Shown here piece after piece: positions 13,520 through 29,151 of a stretch of 64,000 nucleotides of DNA (the first letter of the stretch is position 1; every line of letters starts with the position of its first letter). The DNA is taken from assembly GCF_026571515.1 (NCBI RefSeq), contig NW_026855987.1, forward strand, positions 1 through 64,000, in the 5' to 3' direction. Made by a program: the position numbers and the translations under genes. The stretch is from Ruditapes philippinarum (Eukaryota). A model generated the notes under the pieces. The model was not told the DNA's origin. It was given only the letters and a program-made list of their open reading frames with translations, and did not search any database.

Positions 13520-14042
13520 TGAGCTTATATTTCCGTAAAGTTTCTAAGTTAGTAATTACGGCTAAAATCAGTGTTTTGAATATTTTTGTAAACGGCTTAT
13601 GCGAAGAGGCTACAAAAGAGAAACGTATAACAACAAATTTAACGCTGATCATCTAAAGATGCTATATTTATACCAGTTTTAAACAACCACTAAAGAAAGT
13701 TAAAAATAAGACCATTCCCACAGAACAGGCCATGTTCTAGACTGTTTGAATCCTCCATTTACTGGGTTATGTATTGTTTTGATTTTAATTATTAAAGCTT
13801 TAATGGGCAATTAAATGTACCAGCAGACCATCTGTAGCTGATACAGCAGTCCATAGGGACATGGACAAGAGAACCACGATGGCCATAGATCAGCAAAGCA
13901 GATTGCAATATGTCTCAAGGTGGGCGACCTTGAGACATACAAGTATTGCAATCTGCTTTGCTGAAGAAGGTCCAAGGTCATACACCGGCAAATTCTGATT
14001 TTTTCAAGCTAGATTGAATAAGCGGATTGAATCTAAAAAATA

Positions 14043-14485
14043 AACAAGAGGGCCATGATGGACGTGAAGTCGCTCACCTGTATATAGGCCACTGGGGTGA
14101 TGACAATTATAACCCAAGGACTTTTATTTGAACAAACTTGGTAAACACCCTTTAGAAGATATTTCATGCTCTAGCTCTTTGGGGTTTTTAAAAGAAGATT
14201 TTTTAAGTTTTTACTAAACACATATTGGAAAAAACAATGACCCCCAGAGGCGGCGCCAATTTTGTCCGGCCAGGCTTTTATTTAAGACACTCATTAAAAG
14301 ATATCTCATGCTTAGTATCTAAACTCTAGCTCTTTTAAAATATTTTTTATAAGTTTTTACTATACACATATCAGGAAAATCATTTACCTCCGGTGCGAGA
14401 CCAATCTTAACCCCAGGGGTCCTTATTTGAACAAACTTGGTAGACACCCATTAGAAGATGTTTCATGCTAAATATCTTAGCTTAA
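14043..14485 (-). mobile_element. Helentron/HINE-type element fragment with degenerate ~150-bp internal repeats
   Basis: Starts aacaagagggccatgatgg...cgctcacctg. Repeated ttatttgaacaaacttggta(a/g)acacc..ttagaagat.tttcatgct units. Confidence 0.55.
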
Positions 14486-14883
14486 GCGTGTTTTCGTCCC
14501 GCGACCCCACCGTTTTATTTCTTAAATCTCGCTCCGCGGCCCCGCAGGGTTAATTTTTTTTTTAAACTTCGGCCCGCGCCCTCGCTAATAAGCGTGTTTT
14601 CGCTGCGCGCCCCCGCCATTTGAACTTGATAATTTTCGACTTTTCGCTTGGCGGTGTCGCGGAGCGAAAACACGAATGGCACAAATCAGCCACCATAGCT
14701 AAATACTATTTAATCCAAATATCAAAGCTGTCTAGACATGAGTAGTTACAAAATTTTGCTTTTGGTTGCAATGCCAGCCATTTTTGTGTGCAAAAGACAC
14801 ATCTTTGCCAAGTTGTATCAACCTCAACCCAGTGTAATGAAAAAAGTGTGATACGATGTGTTGACTGTTTTTTTGTTGCTGAT

Positions 14884-15133
14884 GTTTTTTTGATTGGGTT
14901 TCACGTCGCACCGATAGGTCATATGGTGACGATCCATCTTTACTGGTGGAGGAAGACCTCAAGTGCCCTTCCGTGCATTACTTCAGGCACGAACGGGCAC
15001 CTGAGTAGAACCACCGCCGTTCGGTAAGCTAGCTGGATAGCTTCCTCATATGAAAGAATCCCAAGTCCCTGTCGGGATTCGAACCCACAGCGGTGAAGTC
15101 AACGACCTAAACCAATCGGCCACGGACTCCCCC
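14884..15133 (-). mobile_element. tRNA-derived SINE
   Basis: Minus strand: A box tggccgattgg, B box gttcgaatcc, A-rich tail. Second copy at 41061-41321 and a fragment at ~32110-32205. Confidence 0.85.
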
Positions 15134-16269
15134 TCGATGTGTTGATGATAAGAGTGAACCTAATAGCTCTTTCTGACACTGTGTGCCAGGTTGCACAATT
15201 TAAATGCAGCTGCTGATATAAATTTGGAAATAGTACAAGCGTATTTCAAGAATTTTATTTATATTGCAAAAATCGCTACATTTCCATATTGTAAGCTTAT
15301 TGTCAGTATTGCCATACAAAATAACCATTATTATCAACCCCTTTGTCAGTGTAGTGTTTTAGCATAATGTCAGACAGCCTTTTTTGTCAGGGATTTCTCT
15401 AATTAGAAAGCAATGTTGCTTTTCTGTTGTTTTTTTTATCTGTTTTCAAAATGCAAACTTGTACCTCCATCTGATTAAAATCAGCCTCTAATTAAAGCTT
15501 TGCATTAGGATCTGACGGCCACAAATAGGTCACCTTCTCGTGACCTTTCAAACAGCCAATCAGTGGCGTGCTTTCACAATGTCACATGGGTGCTCAAGTG
15601 GAATTTTGAATCATCTCTTTATTTCTAAATCAGGAGAGTAAAACAATATTGAAACCAGATGTCGTTTGGGACAGTAACCCTTAGTAACTGCTCACTAACT
15701 GAATCTTTATGTCGGAGTTTGACGGAAAGGGCCGAGAAGAAACGATTGGAAACAAAACATTACATGGCTTTATAGAATAACAATAATTTACTGATTCTGC
15801 ATAGGACTGTTTATTTTTTGTTTCACATTATGTTATATATACAGATTATATAGCATTAAATGTGAATTTTCTAACAAAAAAAGAGAAAGAATATTGTACA
15901 CATGCAAACTAAATACAACACTTTAACCATTATCATAATAATATATCAACTTACGTCAAAAAACTGTATATATTAACAATATAACATTAGTCCACTCTGT
16001 AATATATTACAGTTAGCCAATAAACAAAGAACATAATTCATTATCAAATTTCATGTTATATTTTCACTGCACAACAACGGGACACATATACACATTTCAT
16101 AGACCTAATTAATTACTACCTCAATCAAATAAATACTAAAAAACAATCATGATCATATTAACACGTTTCCAATGACACTATTTCAGAAGAGAAAAAAAAA
16201 AGAAACAAAAGCAACAAGAGAATGTCACCCAGATTATCTTTACCCACCTTATAAATTCTCACTTATTAA

Positions 16270-16622
16270 AGGGACTCCACTGAGGTTTTTTGACTTGATG
16301 GGACTGAAAAAATTTTCAGATAATTGTACCATTTGATGTAGGTTAAGACCACGAATCTTTGTGCAAAATTTCAGATCATTCGCGCACACAGTTTTTCCAG
16401 AATAATTATTCTAATTGTAAAAAACTGACCCAAACAGAAAAGCATTTAAACGCTTTTTACTCAAATTAGGCTAAGAAAAGCATAAAAATACGATTTTCAA
16501 CTTATTTCAAAGTATATTTCTTAACTATCTTTGCATATAGTACTGTTTAAAGTGCCCCAGCTCATTTATGTAAGAAATTCAAATGTTATGTTTTTAGAAT
16601 TTTAAACCTCAGTGGAGTCCCT
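16270..16622. mobile_element. Kolobok-like MITE family 1, complete
   Basis: Perfect 19-bp TIR agggactccactgaggttt / aaacctcagtggagtccct, flanked by TTAA on both sides. Confidence 0.85.
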
Positions 16623-19600
16623 TTAACTCAAATCAATTTTCAAAATTTTTGTCTTTTTATTGTTTAAATTATGACCATTTGAAATAAAGTTTAAAGTTTA
16701 AAAAAACCTATATCCGTTCAACGCTATTCTTAAAATAACTTCGTTATATTCCATAAATAACATTAATTACTTAATTAAACAACAGGTAACATTATTCTCA
16801 CTTTGGTTTCAATCATTTTTAACAAAGATCTTCATCATATTGCACCCTCGCATCTGACTTAGCCAAAAAGCATTAAGCATAACAATTTTATAAAAACGTT
16901 TTTTTTTCAACAATTAACATAATAATAATATATTATAAGCTATTGCCAATATTGCCTCATTCACTCATTCAATAACATAGATATTGTATAACATTACTAC
17001 TATTACATGTAATATCATTACATAAGCACTTAAAAGCAGGTGTTAACTACGCTCTTTAATGCTTTATTTTATTAAATCAAGCGCTTATAAATGTATATGT
17101 ATATCCTCACGCCCCCCTCCCCCTATGCAGATTTTAAACAATGAACTCTTCCTGCTTTTAAGTTTGGAGCTACCCATTGTTCATTTAGGGATTTCAATAT
17201 CAAAATTCAAATTTGAAAAAGCCAATACACAGAAACATATAAAAGCCGTTATAACTGGCAGTACAAAACAAGTTAACCAATCTACCAATAATAATAAATG
17301 TACATGTACTTAAATACTTGTATAATAGTATGCAACAATTAGTAACCATTAATACTTATTGTTAGGCATTTATCTTCAGCATATTTTATTACACACTGTT
17401 TGACACAATTATAAAGTTGGTCTTTCATTCCTGTATATAGAACTAATTATTTGGTAAATATTTCCTATAATTTTACAAGAGATAAAGATAAAATCACTCT
17501 CTCTATACTTTTACATGAGTACATGTACCTTGAATCAAATATTTATATACAAGAAACTTCGTATAACCTTTTATATAATGGATTATGCCTATGTTTGATT
17601 AAATAAATTTCTGTTAAAGCACCAAATATTGGCAATTAAACACTTCATTAACAAGTAAACAGTATGTCCATATAGTCAAGTTCAGCCTCTCATTTATAAG
17701 TAACATTTTACACTTAGGAAAAAAAATACAATTTTTAAACATTTCATACTTTGCATGGAATCATTTATTTACAGTATTTACAAACTATTTGTAATGCACT
17801 GAAAATGGCTAAGATATGACAGTTAATAACTCACTGTGCAAAACGCTATACCACATTATTTTAAAAAAAAATATCAAAGTACTTTTGTAAACACTGTGTT
17901 AAAACTAACTAGCATTGTTAATCAGGTACCAAATTAAACTCTTCTCTCTCAAGTCTCCATCAATTTATATAATAGTAATAACCCATAATTACATAACTTC
18001 CAACATTCCATATCTAAGAAGAGACACTTAATGCCCATCAAAATGTAAATGGTGAGTGCACAGGTAAAAGTCAAAATAACTTAACATTTTGTCATAAATG
18101 TGTTCAATTTTATCTTTTACTAAGTCAAAATAATCAATAATTCAAATGAACCATGGACATTTCTGTAAATGATTATTTAAATATGTGACATTTCTATGAA
18201 TATCATTCGAAATGTTTCAGCAAAGTTCAATTCTTTAGAAAGAGTAGGGCAGTCTTTTTTTATAACTTAGGTAGTTTATTATATTTATTAATCAATTATT
18301 GGTCAATCACCATCAAAAAAGTCAATCTCTTGAAATATATTACTTATTCAATTCAGCTTGACATCAAAAGAAAAAAATGAGCAAAATGTCACTTTAACAC
18401 ATTTTATTACCAGCAGTTTAACTCAATTGTCTAAAATGTCCCTTCTGGTACACCATACAATTTAGCAAATGTACAATATTGATTGATATTCATTAACTGG
18501 TATACATGAACTGATCAATGTAAGCAATTTATAGATAGACAAAGGATTTGTACAATAATGCAATCTTAAACCAGCACAAAAACTTTGCCCACTATTAGCT
18601 TTAAATTAACCAGTTAATATACCAGGAAGATCTTCAATTGTTATGCATATACCTTAACATTCAAATTCCTTTAAAAGCTTTATGAATATAAACTTAACAA
18701 AATGTTCAAAAGCCAGGTGAAGTTTTTCCTGTAACAATAAACGTTGACAATAACAAATAATGAAGACAAATAAACTGACTTCAAATGTTCACCCTTAATT
18801 TTCACCAGAATTTTAGTTTCAAATTCATTAGGAACATTTCATAAACAATCAAATGGTGATATTTAACAATACATTGAAAAATTTCTTTATTGCGCTTTTT
18901 TAATATTTTCATGATCTGAATGCAAAATCTACATAGCCTAATTATGCAGGGCAGTCTTAATGTGACAACAAATGCATGTATAGTACTTAGTTACTATGTA
19001 CATGCATACAAAATGCTCAAGTTCTATATAATTATGTACAGAATAACAAATTTGCTAGCTTAGTGCAGTAATGGGTTAGCTGTTTATAAATTTTAACAGG
19101 AGTTAATGCATTAATGCAGTAAGGTGATGATATCATTTAACTAACAAATGCCTGTGGTAGTACAAATTAGCATATAGGGTGATGAATTTTATATGATATA
19201 TATAATGATACATTCTCAGTAATATTTTTTTTACTTTTAAGAGAAGCATTGACAATACAACACCTAAAACCTGAGATTGTGTCAATCTTTTTAACAATGC
19301 AAAAATATATATATAATTTCCTGTCAAAATAAGCTGAGTACATGTATATATTATTGTGTTCTGACTTTATTCAACTTAGTCACTTATAAACATTTAATAA
19401 TTGTTCATCATTTTCTTGATGGCAATAGAAATTACACATGTGACAAGTGCATACCAAGATCAGCTGGGACCTTGTTGCTGTTTGGTCATGGTTTGCACTG
19501 TTTGCTTTCAAGTTAGAACTGATTTTGAAAATTTCCCCTAAAATGATCAATGGTTTTGTCCAAATTGAAAGATGGGTAATTAAGTCCATTTAAGCTTCTA

Positions 19601-21649
19601 TAATGAAGCATGATAGGGATGTTGGTCAATTAAAACATAAGGTATCAATATTCGAATGAAGCACCTTTAAGCAGACAAAATCCGGCAGGCAGTTGGATTT
19701 AATAATCTTCCAAAATATACTGGACTAGTAAATCAGAAGGCAGTATTTATATGATCTTAATAAAGGAAAAGAGATCTAAAATGGCAATTGAATGATGTCA
19801 AAATATATCTGTACAGAATTTATTCACCTGAGAAATATGCTAATTAAAAAAATAACATTTCCCTTACTTAAAACATGCACAGAATTTACCTTACTTTTAC
19901 GCAACAATTTAATAAAGTTTTCCAGTGTTCTCTTAAGATTATAATGTTATTTTGTTGGACTGTGTTTGATTAAAGAATTATTCAATTCTATTTAAAATCA
20001 ATTTTTCCTGAGAAAATCAAACTACTCATTGTAAAAATTTAATCAAGCGGGGCAGTTAAGAATAATGTTCTCCATATCTTGACCACAGAAATTTGTATTT
20101 GACAAAAATAGTAACATATTCATACATCGACAGACATATCATGAATCATGATTATTAATTACTGGATGTTATTTTATAATTATCTCATAATCTTCTCTAA
20201 TAATTGAGTATTTAATTAGCAACCATACAACATTTTTACTTGCATTAAAAACCATACTTATTTCCTACAAGTACAAAAATGTACTTAAATTATACTAAGT
20301 CCTCATAATTAGTCTAAGTCCTCACATTATAAGCCTATGTCCTCATAATGATAACTAAATATAAACACCCTAACACATCAAATGAATGGATCATTGTAAC
20401 TTATAGTAATATTTGATTTGTAAAATGTAAAAAAGTATCATTTGATTGCTTAAAAAAAATTGATTAAAAGAAAAGCTGCAGGAGGAAATAAGTATGGCTA
20501 GGATTAATCAAATTATATAATAAATGCTGGTAAATGATATATATATAAATTACAATATATTATGTAAATATACTATGGCACCATGGTTAATTTAAGAGTG
20601 TGTTAGTCTGGAATTGCTATACTCACAATTTACATGTACAGATTTATAGTCAGTTTCATTTTTTATGTCATGGTCTGTTTCATTTTTTTTATCTAACAGT
20701 CAGTTTCATTTTTCTATGTCACAGTTAATTATCTAATAGCTGATAACACATGTATCTGTCTATAGATGCTAATTGATTAAAAAGAGTATCAGTTAAACAC
20801 TGATTGGATCCAAGTGTCTCTTTGACAAATGTTAAAATTATGACCTTTAAACTAAGTAGAGCTTCAATGACCTTGACCCAATTTCCCAAAGCTTACTATC
20901 TCATTTAAGCTGTTTGATTTTTAACTCCCTAATATATAGATGCTATGATTTAAGAAGAATATATTAAATTTTATCACTTAAACACTGATGGCAATTCCTA
21001 GTGTCACTTTGACAAATGTTAAAATTATGACCTTGACCCAATTTGCCAATGATTACAATGTCATTCAAATCAACTCTTAAATTTTAAAGTCCCTGTGTAA
21101 CTTTTCAGTAAACCAAAGGTAGTGGAGCGTTCATTAGGATACAATTGGATAATCAATAGATGGTCATAGTTAACCAACAAAAATTTTAATACATGAAGTA
21201 TCAGAAGTAAGTGAATTTATTCAGAAATTTACAAGGGAAAAAAATGTTTCCTGTGGAAGTAACAACATGTGAATAATTCAGCAATAATGATAAAGAATAA
21301 ATATCAGAAGAAAAAAACTATCAACAGATCTATGGTTACTTTTTTTGTAAGACTGTTGTAAACAGAAACAGTCTTTTTTGTTTTGATTTTTTTTTACAGT
21401 TTTAAATTTTATACATTTTTTTTGTAAATTTTCTTTGAATTCAGAAAATTATGTGACGAACATGTAAGATCATTAACAATTAAGATAAAAAGAATTACAA
21501 CAAATCTTAAAAGTCAATACTTAAAGAGGGAAAAAATACTCCTTAAATCTTTTTGAATATTAAAAGTCTATGCTATTTGAAAACAATATCAATCTTTGTG
21601 TATTATGTGGCAGAAATTTGATAACCTAGCATATAAATGTACACGTTTA

Positions 21650-24452
21650 TTACTGCTTCCTCTGTGGAATACGTCCGTTCATCTGGCCTGATGGGTTCTT
21701 GACTCGGTTTTTGCGGGTCACGTGCTTATCACAACTGGCAACTTTGTTGCTTCGGTCAAGATTTCTCTTGTTATTGCGTTTCGTTGAGAGTTTCTGCTGC
21801 ACCTTTTGAGCATGCTTTACCTGAGAGACTTGAGCTAAAAGCTCAGCCCGAGCCGACACTGCACGCATGCGTTTTGGTGAAGGTCGGTTCATGGCTTGAG
21901 ATCTTTTTGATTTTGTGACAAGTTCATTAGAAGACTCGTCTGAAGCGTTGCTTTCCTCTCCTGCACTGCCAGATCGTTTATACACAGACATGCTTGGATG
22001 TTCAATCAACAGATTTTCTAGGTCAGAGATTCCGACTTCCGGAGCTTGGCCGTTTCCTGCAGTAAAACATGAAGGAGGCGTTAGAATCCAGGCCTCGTTT
22101 GAGCGCCCATGACGAGTACGAACAAATAAATGACGAGAATGTGAAACGGGACTCAATGAGTTTGGGGTAGATAACTTGGAAGGACTAGAAGATTCACTCT
22201 TGCAAGGACTTATATTATTTGATGAGTCACTCATTGAGCTAGCGGAGTCAGTGGAGTCACCAGGGTAACAGTTGCCAGAGTAACAGGTCACATGGCTTCG
22301 GTGACTGGCTGGCTGGTTACCAAAGCAACAGTCTGTAAGAGAATAATGACTACTTTAGTCACTCTCCCTCCATAAAAATTAGAATATTTCAAACTAAATA
22401 GTTTGAAAAAAAGTACAAAATAGGAAATCTATTATCCAGAATGATAAAATATTTTAAAGAATTTATTATATTCTAGAAATTTGAAAAAAGAAAATTTCAA
22501 AATTCATATTATTAAAAACAAAATTAAAGCAAAATACAATTTTTTGGTTACACATTTCCACAGAACATTAAGAAAGACATGCATAAATAAATTTTGTTTT
22601 TCAGACAACAAATATTTTGTTTGAGAATTAAAAAAAAAAAGAGTATGATATTTACAATATAAACATGTATACAAGTACTACTACAAGGTGGAGTTTAAGA
22701 GGACTGACTACCGTTACCATAGTGACTACCTTGACCTCTACTACCCAGTGCCTGAAAATTATATTCTTAACATGCACCTAAGCTAAAACACAAAAGATCA
22801 ATATGCTATGGTTTAAACTATATTTTTTGTCCATTACGGGGTCAAATTCAGTATTTTAACTTAAGACAATTATTCAATATCTTTACCAGATAACAGTACT
22901 ATTGAACTGACAATAGTTACACTGTTTTTAAATGTCGGTTTCTTAAATGTGCTGAAAGTTATGGAACATTTCGTCAACTTAGTGCAGTAACAGGTTAAGT
23001 CCTATTGAATTATATAAGGAGTTAACCTGTTATTGCACTAAGGTGAGGATTTGTTGGGTCTTGTAACCCTTACCAGTGCTGGAACCTAAGAATGTACATG
23101 TAGTTGGTCTGCCATCTGAGTACAGAGCCATATTGGCCTGCACTGCACATTCAGCAATCTGACAAGACTCTTTATACTGCTGGTTTCAAATTTTCATCTT
23201 GATTGAAATCCCCAAAGTTGTAAATGGGAAGTTCCGAAAATGGGAGCTGGACAAGTCCATTTCAGAAATTCAGCAGGTTTAAAGGGTTTAAGCCAATCAA
23301 GGATTGCTGGTGATATGAAGCCCTAAAACAGCATGCCTCCAGATGAACCAAAATATTTTTAAAAGGTCAATATTGAAAAAACTGAGATTTTTAAAATGTA
23401 AAAAATATTCGCAATGAATATACTTGTTGTAAATGCAATTAAAGACTGATTTTGCAGTATATGATTCACCATATTTCTATTGTGTGACTAATGCAGTGAA
23501 GTTTTTATTTTACATGTTCTGACCTTTTTTGGAAGATTTTAAGGCAGCAGTTTACAATTTGTAAATTACTTTGTTTGTTCACTTGACAAAATTTTACTTT
23601 TTGTTACATTTAAACAAATTTCATGAAAAAAGCATGAATCTGGAGGCATGCTGCTTTAATATGTATTATAGTCAAATTGACAAATTCAGATCAACACTTA
23701 ATAACAAGCATAAACTTTATAATTACCCTTTTTCAAAACTATAGATCTCACCATTTAACATTTTTAGGGAAATTTAAATATTATGTACTAACTGAATAGT
23801 GAACAGTGCAAACAGGCATAGATGGCATATCTTGATCTGACCTGGTCACATTGCCACCAGCAGTCTAAGGGTTACAATCAATTTCTTTTCAGAATTGTAT
23901 GTTGGCATATCATAGTCAAATTGTAACATTATAGGGTACTCACAGTGATAAAAATTTGCCCTTAGTATTGATCTTCAAATATACCTGATGGTGGCATTTT
24001 ACCAGTGCATACCTGAAGATCATAGTAGGGCACATGCAACTGCAGCTGTATGATTATGGTCTACACTGTTAGCTATTCAGTCAGCCAATTTTAGTTTTTT
24101 TAATTTTCCCTAAAATAATGAATGGATTGGTCCAGATTGAAAGATGGACAAGTCCAATTATTTGGTATTTAGCATGGTTAGAGGTACTACAATGACCTTG
24201 CATTTGGTTTCAAGTACATAAAGTAAGTACAAAATAAATATCATGCACATATCTACATGGTGTAAGTCACTAAGTGTAACAGCATGATGCAGGTTAAAGG
24301 TCAAACGTACCTTTATGCTCGACTACGACCCAATCTTTGTCACTGGAAGCTTCTGTCTCCATGGCAACCGGCTTGGCTGGTTCAGATGGCTGTTCATGTT
24401 GTTGTGGCTCAGTGGTGGATGAACCGAACAGATAACTGGCCCAGCTCAACAT
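21650..24452 (-). CDS. TP53INP: TP53INP/DOR-family autophagy and nuclear-receptor cofactor (~274 aa; coding exons 24452-24311 and 22332-21650)
   Basis: LIR-like DKDWVVV, EAWILTPPSCF and LENLLIEHPSMSVY (DOR-family signature), basic C-terminus. Phase-1 intron G|gtacgt ... ttacag|AC joins in frame. Confidence 0.92.
23328..23655. mobile_element. Kolobok-like MITE family 2 in TP53INP intron
   Basis: acagcatgcctccagat ... atctggaggcatgctgct-ttaa. Confidence 0.7.
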
Positions 24453-27400
24453 CTTTCCTGAAATTACATAAATAAGCAAAAATGTAATTTAAGTACCAAA
24501 TTTATATAATTACATGTATTTTAAGTTGGTGTTGATCTGTCCTGATGCAAAAACCCATGCTGTTTAATTATGATACATTTATAAAGCCACTTTCTTTATT
24601 AAAGTGACTAAATGAGTATTTCTGACAGCCCATACATACAGCATTATACTAAGGGCGAGTTATTAAATAAGTTCAGGGGCTTGATTAAATACATGAAAAC
24701 AGGTGCAATAGTGCTATCATTGCATAAAATCAATACCGGTATCTCTAAGTCTGAATCCTAATTCCTTGTTTCATTATTTGTTTTTCAAATAAACTAAAAA
24801 ATTCTTTCAACAGTCTTTAAATGTTCACCTGCCGGGTATGCAAATTTCATACAAAATTATCTTTTTTGACATTCATTAATACCTATATAGTACTTTCAAT
24901 CAATATTTACACAAATAAGTCTACTTTTTGTGAAAATCATGCACATACGATGGCAAACTTTTCATTAGTATCAAAAATAAATAAACTTACACGACTTTCC
25001 TGATCACAAAGTTTCACTAATTGTGCATAAAGAATTAGACATATAGATTGTGGGTTATAATATATAACATACATATCATATTATAGCTGACCCATAGATC
25101 ACTAAATACTGTAACAAATTGGTCAGAGATAAGCAGTGGCTATCTGAGGCCAGTGGCCGGAGTAAATAACATTTATACCATGGGGGTCATTTCAGATCAT
25201 TCAATCAGTGGCCAAACAGTGGCTGGAGAAAATAACATTTATATATAGTCCTTGGGGGTCATTTCAGGTCATTTGTTTATATTATGTAAAAGACTTAAAT
25301 ATTCACCTTACTTGACCTAATGATCATAATGTGAACCATACAAACACCTTTATATAATCACTTATTCAAATACTGTGTTGACATCATGTGTTAATGCTAT
25401 TTATAATCTAATAATATACTTTAGTGTTTGAAATTATTCTTTGTCCAATTATATATAATAGCTAGGATTGAAGTACAATGTATTTCAAATAGATAATGTA
25501 ACACATTTTCTTGAATTGTGCTGCAGATTTTAAGTAAAAAGACTGTCTATAACAATAATTTAAAACAGTAAGCTGGTTAATATTTATAAGTAGATATTTA
25601 CAAAATTAAATTGGTTGCACCTGACCAATTTAATTTTGTAAATACGTACCAATAAACTTTAGCCTACCTTACATAAATTTGTGTAACTATTTTAGAAATA
25701 TTTCTTGCAATATTAAACTGACAATGTAAAATCTTTAAATAATTATATAACCCTTAAACTTGAATTATTCTATTCTTCACAACCGTATTGATCATTGTAA
25801 ATTTACAATTAAAAAAAAAAAAGCACAGCTAATTTGTGCCATCTGATCATGGTTTGCACTGTTTGCTATTCAGCCAGGATTTCTTAAAATTTAAATCCTT
25901 GATTGTTTTGTCAAGATTGTAAATGGGCAATTATGATATACTGAAAAGTCAATTTATGATAATACTGAAGTGCAGTAAGAGTTAATTAACTTTGCTTTCT
26001 AATTGTTTAAGATCATAATTTATGTACCATTTACTCTATAATAAATGCCCTACCTGTTAATAAACACAATCCCCTCACCTTTTTTTAACATTAAAGGAGT
26101 TACCAAGACATTATAGCGGTTTATAACACAAAATACAAATTTTAGCACATTAAAAAATTTTGATGTTCCAGTAGGTATAATCTGATGGGGGAAAAAAGCA
26201 AACAAGATTTTTTTTTTTACTTTTTCTTTTACAATTTTTCTTCCTTCTTTAACTATCACCCCCACCCTCCCTCTTAATGTTGAAGGTGCAACTCATTTAT
26301 TGGAGAATACATGGTAGATTAAAACAATGATAATATATTATTTCTTTTTTTTTTCCATCTTATTCATCTTTAACATGTACATATAACAATTGTTTAATTG
26401 TTCAACAAGATGAATTTAGGTCCTCTAATAATTAGCCAGGTCTAATTTGTTCAATTTATGACTAATTAACTTAAGCTTGCTTTACAAAATCATTTACCAT
26501 ATACTTAACACATTTTTACAAAATCATTTACCATACAATTAACACAGAGCGATTTGACTGAAAACAGAAATCCTGAAGGCATTATTTTTTCTTTTCCCTG
26601 CCAACTCTCATAATTTATCTACTTTATACTCCATGGCTAAATTGATCAAATTAACCATGGCTCTCTTAAATATACTGGCATTATACTGAATTAACCCAAA
26701 AATCCATGATCGCCAGTTAATTGTCCTATCTCAATTCAATCTTAAAATTATGCATGCATATTTTTGACTGAATTAATTAAGCCATGATCAGACTGTGTGG
26801 ATCATGCCAGCTGATCTTGGCCTATTGAGTTTGATTGTATGGGCAAGAATCAGTGGCTTGTTCACACTGTTAATATCATTAATTAATGCTTTGAACATAA
26901 TTACATGTAATAGTTCATTATACTTAATGGTAATAATAATATTAATTAAAAAAACATCTTTATGCCTTTGAAGTAAAATTTGATGTTTTTTATATAATTT
27001 CTAAACTTACTTGTAAAAAGGATGGTCAATTTAAAAATACCATGAAAAACAAAATTTAAAATTTATGATATTTACAAGACTTTATAAGCTAATGATCACT
27101 ATCTAAATACATTACTAAAGGAAATAATGATAATTATAAGCAAAGAATTCTTTCAAAACTAACAGCAGAATAATTATGTAATTGACAAAGTTAAAATAAC
27201 AGATTCAATAGTAAGCAATAACATAGAAATCTAACAATAAATCTAACAATTATATAATTGCACAACTTATACATAGTTATTCAACAATTTGCAAGTATAT
27301 ATATATAGACATAACGAATTCTCTTATCTAAACAAACAATTGAAATATGTATAATTTCTTACCACTTGAGTCAAATTTTATCATTTCCAACTTAAACTAT

Positions 27401-29151
27401 AAATCTTAAAACAAATTAAACCTACTTAAAAGTTGTAGAATGTTTCCTGATTCGAAGATATTAAATAATGAAATATAATAGCTATAAAATTATCCTTATA
27501 TAATAGAATAAATATGATGGACACAATGTAAACAACAACAAAAATATTGATTTTCTCACATTATAAACAGTTGCCATAGAAATATTGGATATTGGAAAAC
27601 AATATCAGGGCCCCTAATTCAATGCACAAAGGAGTATAAAGGAGTTTAAGGGGACACAAAGGGGACATTCCGACAAACTGATAACATCTGTCTGTACATG
27701 TGTTTATAACATGATACCACCTGTCAATGATAATATTTTTTTGTCAACCTAAATTTTAACTATTATACATGTACATGTAGGTATGCCTTAATTAGATATT
27801 TTACCAAGATATTTGTGCAAAAAGTAATTTGGTTTGTAAATTAACCATTTTATATACAAATTAAGAGGTAATAATTGCATCTTTAGCAAAAATCTGATGT
27901 ATATGAAATAATGATATCATAAATATGATGATAATTGTATATCAATAAATTAATAAGAAAATTGTGTATAACAATAAATTTTTCCTTATTACCTTAAAAC
28001 TTATCATAAATTATACATAATTTAGGAAAAGTCTTATTAACTTAAAGGAATTTAAATCTTAAAGGGTCAACATTATTTTGACAGAACTTGTGATTATGTA
28101 GTACAAATGAGGGTGTACTCCACGATAGGTAATTTTTAGCTATGGGATAGAAGGGGGAGGGACTGTGCTTTTAGTCAATTATAAAATTCCAGTACAAATA
28201 ATCAAGTATGTATAAATTAAGTACACATAAAGCTATAAACATAGTCTGATACAGAGCCTCTCACACCAGTCCTGTAAGTATCACTTGTATGTAATATTAT
28301 ATACATGTCTACATGTATATTATAAACAAAGCAGTCATGTGAATTTAGTCTTTTTAGTATTGAGTGATCTAAAGAAAAAAGTTGATAACTTTCTGTAACA
28401 AGAGCTATAGGTAGTACAGTGTGCTTGCTTGATAGTAAAACAAGAGGCCATGACAATGTTGAATTTTCTATGTTCAAAAAAGGGCCAATAATACTGACCA
28501 AATCAAAGTTAAGAGTTATGGGCCTTGGAATACAGTGACCTCTCCTATTATGCACTCATAAGAGTGTATATGAAATATCAACCCATTCCCTTCAGAATTT
28601 TTTAAGATACCAACTGGCACCTAAAAACTTAATTAAAGTCAGTGATACCAACATCATGAGTTCTGTGTGAGCTCTTTAATCTTTGCATAGATTAGTCAAG
28701 CTAATAATAGCATAGCAAAGTTAATTAAATAATAATAAACAGGGTTTTTACAATTTTACTAACTTATTTCAATATCAACAACACAAGACTTTAACCTTTA
28801 AATCAAAATAATAACCATTTAAAAATATGAACCATTATTACTGTATAATTCAAAAGAAATTAATTCTCTTAAATCATTATTTACTTACTTCACTGATTTG
28901 TTTATATAATAAAGAGCAGAGCCCTTATAAATACAATTTTATATAACATCTAAATATCAAAGCATTAATTTGTTTTGAATGTGCAATTATACCACTTTAT
29001 CTAATCTGTTTACCTGCAGTAATCTGTATTAATTTCCTTCTTAATGAGAATATAATCTCTTAACAAAATGGTAATATGTAAAATTGTTAACTTAAACTTG
29101 ACTGGGCATTCAAATTGCACAATATTAAGTAAGTGACAGGTTTTTTTATTA

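Noticed and set aside
15060-15133. Functional tRNA gene
   Set aside because: It is the head of a SINE with a body and tail, present in multiple copies
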